Source of the DNA: an archaeon
Lineage (GTDB): Archaea > Iainarchaeota > Iainarchaeia > Iainarchaeales > Iainarchaeaceae
DNA: 20,385 nucleotides
NCBI GenBank assembly: GCA_035289485.1
Contig: DATDXA010000027.1
Location: forward strand, 1 to 20,385
Reading direction: 5' to 3'
Shown: one piece after another, positions 15,984 through 20,385 of the stretch
How positions within the stretch are numbered: the first letter of the stretch is position 1
Layout of the letters: every line of letters begins with the position of its first letter
Notes under the pieces: generated by a model
Told to the model about the DNA's origin: nothing
The model's input: the letters and a program-made list of their open reading frames with translations, nothing else
The model's database searches: none
Made by a program: the position numbers and the translations under genes

Positions 15984-16766
15984 ATGCCGCCAGCCGATAT
16001 CAATTTCCCAGAGCCGGGCGAAATTGTAATCGGAAGGATAACTAAAGTGCTAGATTACGGCGTGTTCATTGAACTTTTAGAATACGACGGGCTGCAGGGC
16101 TTTGTTCACATAAGCAATGTGAGCTCTAGCTGGATTAAGAACATCCGCAATTTTGTAAAGGAAGGGCAGATACGCGCGGGAAAAGTAATAAACATCGACC
16201 GCTACAAAAAGCAGGTTGACATTTCCCTTACAAAAGTTTCCCAAAATTCGCAAAGGGAAAAAATTGAGGAATATAGGCAGGGCAAGAGGGCACAAAAATT
16301 AATTGAGCTTCTTGCGCAAAAAGTGGGCGCAAAGCCAGAGGAAGCGTGGGCAGAAGTGGCTGAGCCCTTGCTCGAAAAATACGACTCCCTCTTTGATGCG
16401 TTCCAAGCCCTTTTGATAACTGGCGAATCCACGCTGCCGGAAATGGCAAAAAAGTGGGTTGCGCCGCTAGTTGAACTTGTCGGAAGCAATTTCGAGGTTC
16501 CTGAAAAGACCGTGCGCGGCAGGCTTTCAATCAATGTCCCCGGTGCCGGCGGCGTTGAAAGCCTCAAAAAGGCTCTTCTCGCTGGCGAGAAGAAGGGCGG
16601 CAAGCATATTGAAATTTTCTATGAGGGCTCTGGCAAGTACGCGATAAAAGCGACTTCAATTGATTACAAGTCCGCGGACAAATTGCTCGGCGCGGTTTCT
16701 GATGAGATAATTTCAGTTGCATCAAGCGAAGGCGGCAAGGCAGAATTTGAAAAGATAGAGGCGTGA
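15984..16766 (+). CDS. eif2a: Translation initiation factor 2 alpha subunit
   Basis: FPEPGEIVIG..YGVFIELLEY...GFVHISNVSSSWIKNIR S1 domain, VDISL, DYKSADKLL. Confidence 0.95.
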   Translation: MPPADINFPEPGEIVIGRITKVLDYGVFIELLEYDGLQGFVHISNVSSSWIKNIRNFVKEGQIRAGKVINIDRYKKQVDISLTKVSQNSQREKIEEYRQGKRAQKLIELLAQKVGAKPEEAWAEVAEPLLEKYDSLFDAFQALLITGESTLPEMAKKWVAPLVELVGSNFEVPEKTVRGRLSINVPGAGGVESLKKALLAGEKKGGKHIEIFYEGSGKYAIKATSIDYKSADKLLGAVSDEIISVASSEGGKAEFEKIEA

Positions 16767-16771
16767 TTTTC

Positions 16772-16963
16772 ATGGCGGCAAAATCAAAGCAAAAACCCGG
16801 TGAGGCGCAATTTGCAAAAGCTTGCATGAAGTGCCAATCATTCAACATCAAGGTGTTTTCGGGTGATGATAACAATGTTTTCGGCCTTAATCCGAAATAT
16901 CAATGCATGGATTGCGGAAGCGTTGGCATGCCAATAGAGCTGCCAATCCAAGTCAAGAAGTGA
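16772..16963 (+). CDS. Small zinc-ribbon protein of unknown function
   Basis: CMKC...YQCMDCG; tightly packed between eif2a and the PAC2 gene. Confidence 0.75.
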   Translation: MAAKSKQKPGEAQFAKACMKCQSFNIKVFSGDDNNVFGLNPKYQCMDCGSVGMPIELPIQVKK

Positions 16964-16969
16964 TTTTCA

Positions 16970-17740
16970 ATGACAACACATGTAAAATTCCTCGGCAAGC
17001 CAAAATTTAAGGGCGCGATACTTTTCACGGGGCTTCCCGGCATCGGCCTTGTGGGAAAAATCTGCGTCGATTACATGCTTAAGCAGTTCAAGGCTGAAAA
17101 AATTGCAGAAATCCACTCTGATTTTTTCCCGCCAAGTGTCCAGACCGAGAACGGCCTAGTTGAACTCATAAAAGACGAGCTTCATCATGTCCGCGCGCAG
17201 GGAAAAGATTACATTTTCCTCTCAGGGCCTGTGCAGCCGGCGCTTGACCCCAAATCAGGCTCCATGCAGGAGCATTTCGAGTTTTCCGCGGCGATTATAA
17301 ATTCGCTTAAAGACAAGGGGCTGGTTGAAATTTGCACTCTTGCAGGAATCAATGTCGGCGAGAGGCGCATGCACTTTGAGCCGCGCGTTGTGGTTGCCGC
17401 AACGGGCAAGAAAAAACTTGAGGAGTGGAAAAAACTGGGGGCAATTAGCGATAAGCCAATTGGCCTAATTAGCGGCGTTGCAGGTTTGCTTCTCGGCCTT
17501 GGAAAGGAAGATGGAATAGATGGCTCTTGCCTTATGGGCGAAACCAATGCCCGCCTTGTGTACGGCGACCCCGGTGCAGCAAAGAAACTTGTTGAAATTC
17601 TCGTGAAAAGGTTTGGCTTCAAAATCGACATGACCAAAATGGACAATGAGGCAAAGGAAATCGAGAAGGCGTTCGCAGACCTTAGCAAGCAGTTCGAGGA
17701 CCGCGAAGAGGGGCCTGCGAATCTTACATATGTGCGATGA
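16970..17740 (+). CDS. PAC2 family proteasome assembly chaperone-like protein
   Basis: GLPGIGLVGKI, FPP.V, ISGVAGLLLG, CLMGET, DPGAAK, C-terminal YVR; usual position downstream of eif2a. Confidence 0.9.
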   Translation: MTTHVKFLGKPKFKGAILFTGLPGIGLVGKICVDYMLKQFKAEKIAEIHSDFFPPSVQTENGLVELIKDELHHVRAQGKDYIFLSGPVQPALDPKSGSMQEHFEFSAAIINSLKDKGLVEICTLAGINVGERRMHFEPRVVVAATGKKKLEEWKKLGAISDKPIGLISGVAGLLLGLGKEDGIDGSCLMGETNARLVYGDPGAAKKLVEILVKRFGFKIDMTKMDNEAKEIEKAFADLSKQFEDREEGPANLTYVR

Positions 17741-17745
17741 CTTGA

Positions 17746-18006
17746 TTATTTTTTCTTCTTTTTCTTTGGCCCTAAAAACGAAGGCCAATTTTCCGCCAAG
17801 GCTTTTGTATAACCTGTAGCTCCTGAAGGCATAATTGCAATCCTTGCCTGAACGCCAGGATATGCATTTCCTCTTTTTCCAACTTCTTGTGCCATTTTTT
17901 CAGCAAGGTGTTTTGGTATAGACTTAATTCCAAATCCCGAATCAACTTTTCCTGTTTTAGTTTCACGAAACCCGAAGTGAATATCGACGCGTTTTTTCCC
18001 TGGCAT
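17746..18006 (-). CDS. Small basic hypothetical protein (86 aa)
   Basis: ATG-started ORF filling the gap between the PAC2 and EndoQ genes; ends PKKKKKK; no family recognised. Confidence 0.6.
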   Translation of the reverse strand: MPGKKRVDIHFGFRETKTGKVDSGFGIKSIPKHLAEKMAQEVGKRGNAYPGVQARIAIMPSGATGYTKALAENWPSFLGPKKKKKK

Positions 18007-18047
18007 GCAAAACTAACGATTTCAGAATTAAAAATACTTCCTCTAAT

Positions 18048-19328
18048 TCAAAACTGCCCAAGCGTCTTCTGCCCCGCGATTTCAGAAATTCCCTCAAGCT
18101 CTTTTTTCAATTCTATTTTCTTCTTCTCAAGCTCTTCTGCGTCTTTGCATATTATTGGTGCTCCATATTGCCCCCCGCCTCCGGGGATGTAGAGCACAAG
18201 CCCTTTTCTAAAAGAAATTATTTTCTCGCCTATTTCCTTATCGGCAGCGAGCAGTTCGGCTTCACTTGCATCCACAAGCACTGCTATTTCATTTCCAAAC
18301 ATTTCAACCATGCGAAGCCACTTGGATTGCACCTGCTTTGTCTGCGGGCTTTTCGAGCCAACTGCCAGCTGGATAATTTCTGCAAGCGGCAGAAGATGCA
18401 TATAAGGCGGCCTGAACTTTGGATGTATCCTGATTTCAATATCCGCAAGCATTGCAATCCGGTCACGCACGCCGCGCTTTATCGGTGAGCCGCACTTTAC
18501 GCATTTCCATTTCAATTGCTCTGCCTGCTCTGCTGAATATTTCGAGAAGCAATCATTGCACGCGGTGCAGTGATATTTTCCCTCACGCGGATTGAGCCCG
18601 GCGTTGAGCGTAATCAGCTTATCTTCCGCGCTGCGGGATTCAACCGCCCTTTTGAGCGATTTGAAATCCGCTTTTTCCATTTTCATCCTGTTGAATTCGC
18701 GGCCCACGCGGTGCGGCCATGGGCTGTGCGCATCGCTGCTTGTTAGAAAACTGTAATTGTGATTTTCAGACATCCTATCCGCGAGTTCTGTATCCGCACT
18801 GAGCCCGAGCTCGATGAATTTGAGTTCGCTGTGCATGTGCCCGTATGCGTCTTTTAGGGAATTGTAGTGCGCATAAATTCCAGTGTATGGAGTAAAGGAA
18901 TGTGCGGGGCCGAAAATCCCGCCCACTTGCGAAATTTTCTCCGCGAGCTGCTCTGCGCTCTGCCTTATGATTGGGCGGCCACAGAGGCTGCAATCAAGGT
19001 TTCCAAAAGGAAGCAGCTTTTCTCGCAGCTCCTGCGCGCTTTCAAGTGAGGGAAGATAAAAAAGGTGGTGCACGCGCTTGTTGTCCTCAACTTCCCCGCC
19101 CACAATGAAGTTGCATTGCGCTTTTAGGTCGCGGTAAACCCCGTTGCTCTCTTCCTCAAGGCTATTCTTCACATGGGTGAGCCATTTTTCCTGCAATATA
19201 TCAGCTGTCACAAGCGCCTGCAGGCCCTTTAGGTGTGCCTGCTCAGCCATCACTGGAATTGTCATATTCTTGCTAACGCCCGCGGCGTAATGGCCGTGCA
19301 TTTGCAAATCGAGGTTGTATTCTTTCAT
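18048..19328 (-). CDS. endoQ: Endonuclease Q (TIGR00375 family; PHP domain plus zinc finger)
   Basis: DLQMH, RVHHL, GPAHSFTPY, ELGLSAD, SSDAHS, GREFN, GKYHCTACNDC...CVKCG..IKRGVRDRI, RPPY, PGGGGQYG; C-terminal PIP-box-like QKTLGQF. Confidence 0.9.
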   Translation of the reverse strand: MKEYNLDLQMHGHYAAGVSKNMTIPVMAEQAHLKGLQALVTADILQEKWLTHVKNSLEEESNGVYRDLKAQCNFIVGGEVEDNKRVHHLFYLPSLESAQELREKLLPFGNLDCSLCGRPIIRQSAEQLAEKISQVGGIFGPAHSFTPYTGIYAHYNSLKDAYGHMHSELKFIELGLSADTELADRMSENHNYSFLTSSDAHSPWPHRVGREFNRMKMEKADFKSLKRAVESRSAEDKLITLNAGLNPREGKYHCTACNDCFSKYSAEQAEQLKWKCVKCGSPIKRGVRDRIAMLADIEIRIHPKFRPPYMHLLPLAEIIQLAVGSKSPQTKQVQSKWLRMVEMFGNEIAVLVDASEAELLAADKEIGEKIISFRKGLVLYIPGGGGQYGAPIICKDAEELEKKKIELKKELEGISEIAGQKTLGQF

Positions 19329-19456
19329 GGGGGTTTTGCTCCATTGTGTGTTGTTCGCTTAATATGGCGTTGACCCAATGATGGTTTTATTGCTTTCGGG
19401 AGGTGCTCCAATTAATAATAGAATAAATAATACAATTGATTAAGGTTGTATTCACT

Positions 19457-20116
19457 ATGAGCAAATTCACTCCAGAGCAGAAAAAAATCGCATTTGCGCT
19501 TGTCCAGGGGTCAAAGAGCGTGGATGCGCTGAATAAGTCGCTTGGAATGCCATTTGATGTCTTAAATGAAAACCTCAAGCAGATGCATAAACTAAATCTT
19601 GTGAAAGTGGAAGGCTACCCCTCCAAATATATGCTTGTTGAGAGCGTTTTGGAAGGCGTGCGGCGCAGGAAAGAAATTGCAGAAAAGGACCCATTCGAAC
19701 TGCGGCTAAAGGCAACAATTGAGATAACTGCCGTTGAGGAGTCTTTTCTAAAGAAGCATATGAAAGAAATAGAAGGCAAGCTCAAGGAGCAAAAAGTCCT
19801 CACTATTTATGATGTATACCAAGCTCCAACGCTTAGGCAAGGCACCCATTTTAGGTCATACCTAGAAGTGAACCTGAGCGCCAAGGATTTTACGGCAATC
19901 GTCCAATTCATGTATTTCTTTGGCCCGACTTCGGTTGAGGTTATAAAACCTGCAAAAATCACATTGGCTATGGATGACCTTCAGGATGCCCTCATGGAAA
20001 TGGCCCAAATGATACAGGCATACAACCATACTATGCTAAAGTCCATGGCAAAAGAAGAGCTCGAAGAATTTGCAAAGAACCTTTACATGCCAGTGGATAG
20101 GGATAAATCCAAGTAG
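19457..20116 (+). CDS. Hypothetical protein with N-terminal winged-HTH-like domain and an uncharacterised archaeal C-terminal domain
   Basis: TPEQKKIAFAL..GSKSVDAL...L......LNENLKQMHKLNLV resembles TrmB/ArsR-type wHTH; C-terminal SYLEV...FGPTSVEVIKP pattern resembles conserved archaeal hypotheticals (recollection). Confidence 0.65.
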   Translation: MSKFTPEQKKIAFALVQGSKSVDALNKSLGMPFDVLNENLKQMHKLNLVKVEGYPSKYMLVESVLEGVRRRKEIAEKDPFELRLKATIEITAVEESFLKKHMKEIEGKLKEQKVLTIYDVYQAPTLRQGTHFRSYLEVNLSAKDFTAIVQFMYFFGPTSVEVIKPAKITLAMDDLQDALMEMAQMIQAYNHTMLKSMAKEELEEFAKNLYMPVDRDKSK

Positions 20117-20310
20117 CAACTCAGTGATTTTGGGCTAATTTTTAAGTTATTTGCCGAAAAAATCGCCTTTTTAAGGGCTTTGTATCCTGTACTTGTAACG
20201 GGTTTGTGGTACAAGGGTAGTGATTTCGTTTATTGTCAAACCGGACTTCCCTTAAAGCCTTAAATTTTGGGCTCTTTTTGCCAAAAAAACCCCTAATCGG
20301 TTTCCTAAAC

Positions 20311-20327
20311 CGAAACGTATTTAAATA
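20311..20327 (+). promoter_or_regulatory. Consensus-like BRE/TATA promoter for a transcript running off the window end
   Basis: CGAAAC-GTATTTAAATA at the end of an AT-rich region with no credible gene. Confidence 0.6.
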
Positions 20328-20385
20328 AAGTGAGGAATTCAATATAAGAGCCTACAAAAGGGCTATGCTTCCAGCACCTTGTTCC

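Noticed and set aside
16772..16963. Nop10 call from gene position
   Set aside because: Cys spacing and C-terminal motifs do not match Nop10.
20085..20110. Origin recognition box-like CCAGTGGA
   Set aside because: Single partial match inside a coding region, not repeated, and no cdc6/orc1 in the window.
20142..20342. ORF-track 66-aa minus-strand ORF
   Set aside because: Non-ATG start, no recognisable features, and it overlaps a promoter-like AT-rich region.
1..20385. Other short antisense or nested ORFs, CRISPR arrays, IS elements, rRNA and tRNA genes
   Set aside because: The nested ORFs are shadows of well-supported genes; no repeat-spacer array, transposase or RNA gene signature was seen by eye.

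Overview
Archaeal chromosomal window. Gene content, short intergenic spaces and TATA-type promoters suggest a DPANN-like lineage with separate priS and priL genes (inference). Positions ~4.1-20.1 kb are mostly housekeeping genes: DUF373, SPFH, SpoIIM-like, csl4, rpoL, signal peptidase I, mscL, a methyltransferase, two divergent PCNA paralogues around rpiB, priL, priS, GINS, rps27e, aIF2-alpha, a PAC2 chaperone and EndoQ. The most notable part is the first 4.1 kb, which looks like a fractured lon gene. ORF 2672..4102 encodes only the C-terminal part of an archaeal LonB protease (Walker B, Arg finger, Ser-Lys dyad, no Walker A). It begins with a 41-aa C-terminal intein fragment (..[29 protein letters not shown]) and has its own TATA box, which points to a naturally split, trans-splicing intein. 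Upstream lie a free-standing LAGLIDADG endonuclease resembling the internal domain of archaeal Lon inteins and four passenger ORFs (acidic 49-aa peptide, Myb/HTH-like protein, Zn-dependent phospholipase C-like protein, 42-aa membrane peptide). The expected Lon-N/IntN half is not in the window, so trans-splicing is inferred, not shown. Also noted: an unannotated 27-aa protamine-like gene with complete expression signals between priL and priS, hairpins covering the ribosome-binding site of the endonuclease operon, and a structured GC-rich intergenic element before priL. No rRNA, tRNA or CRISPR array was seen.
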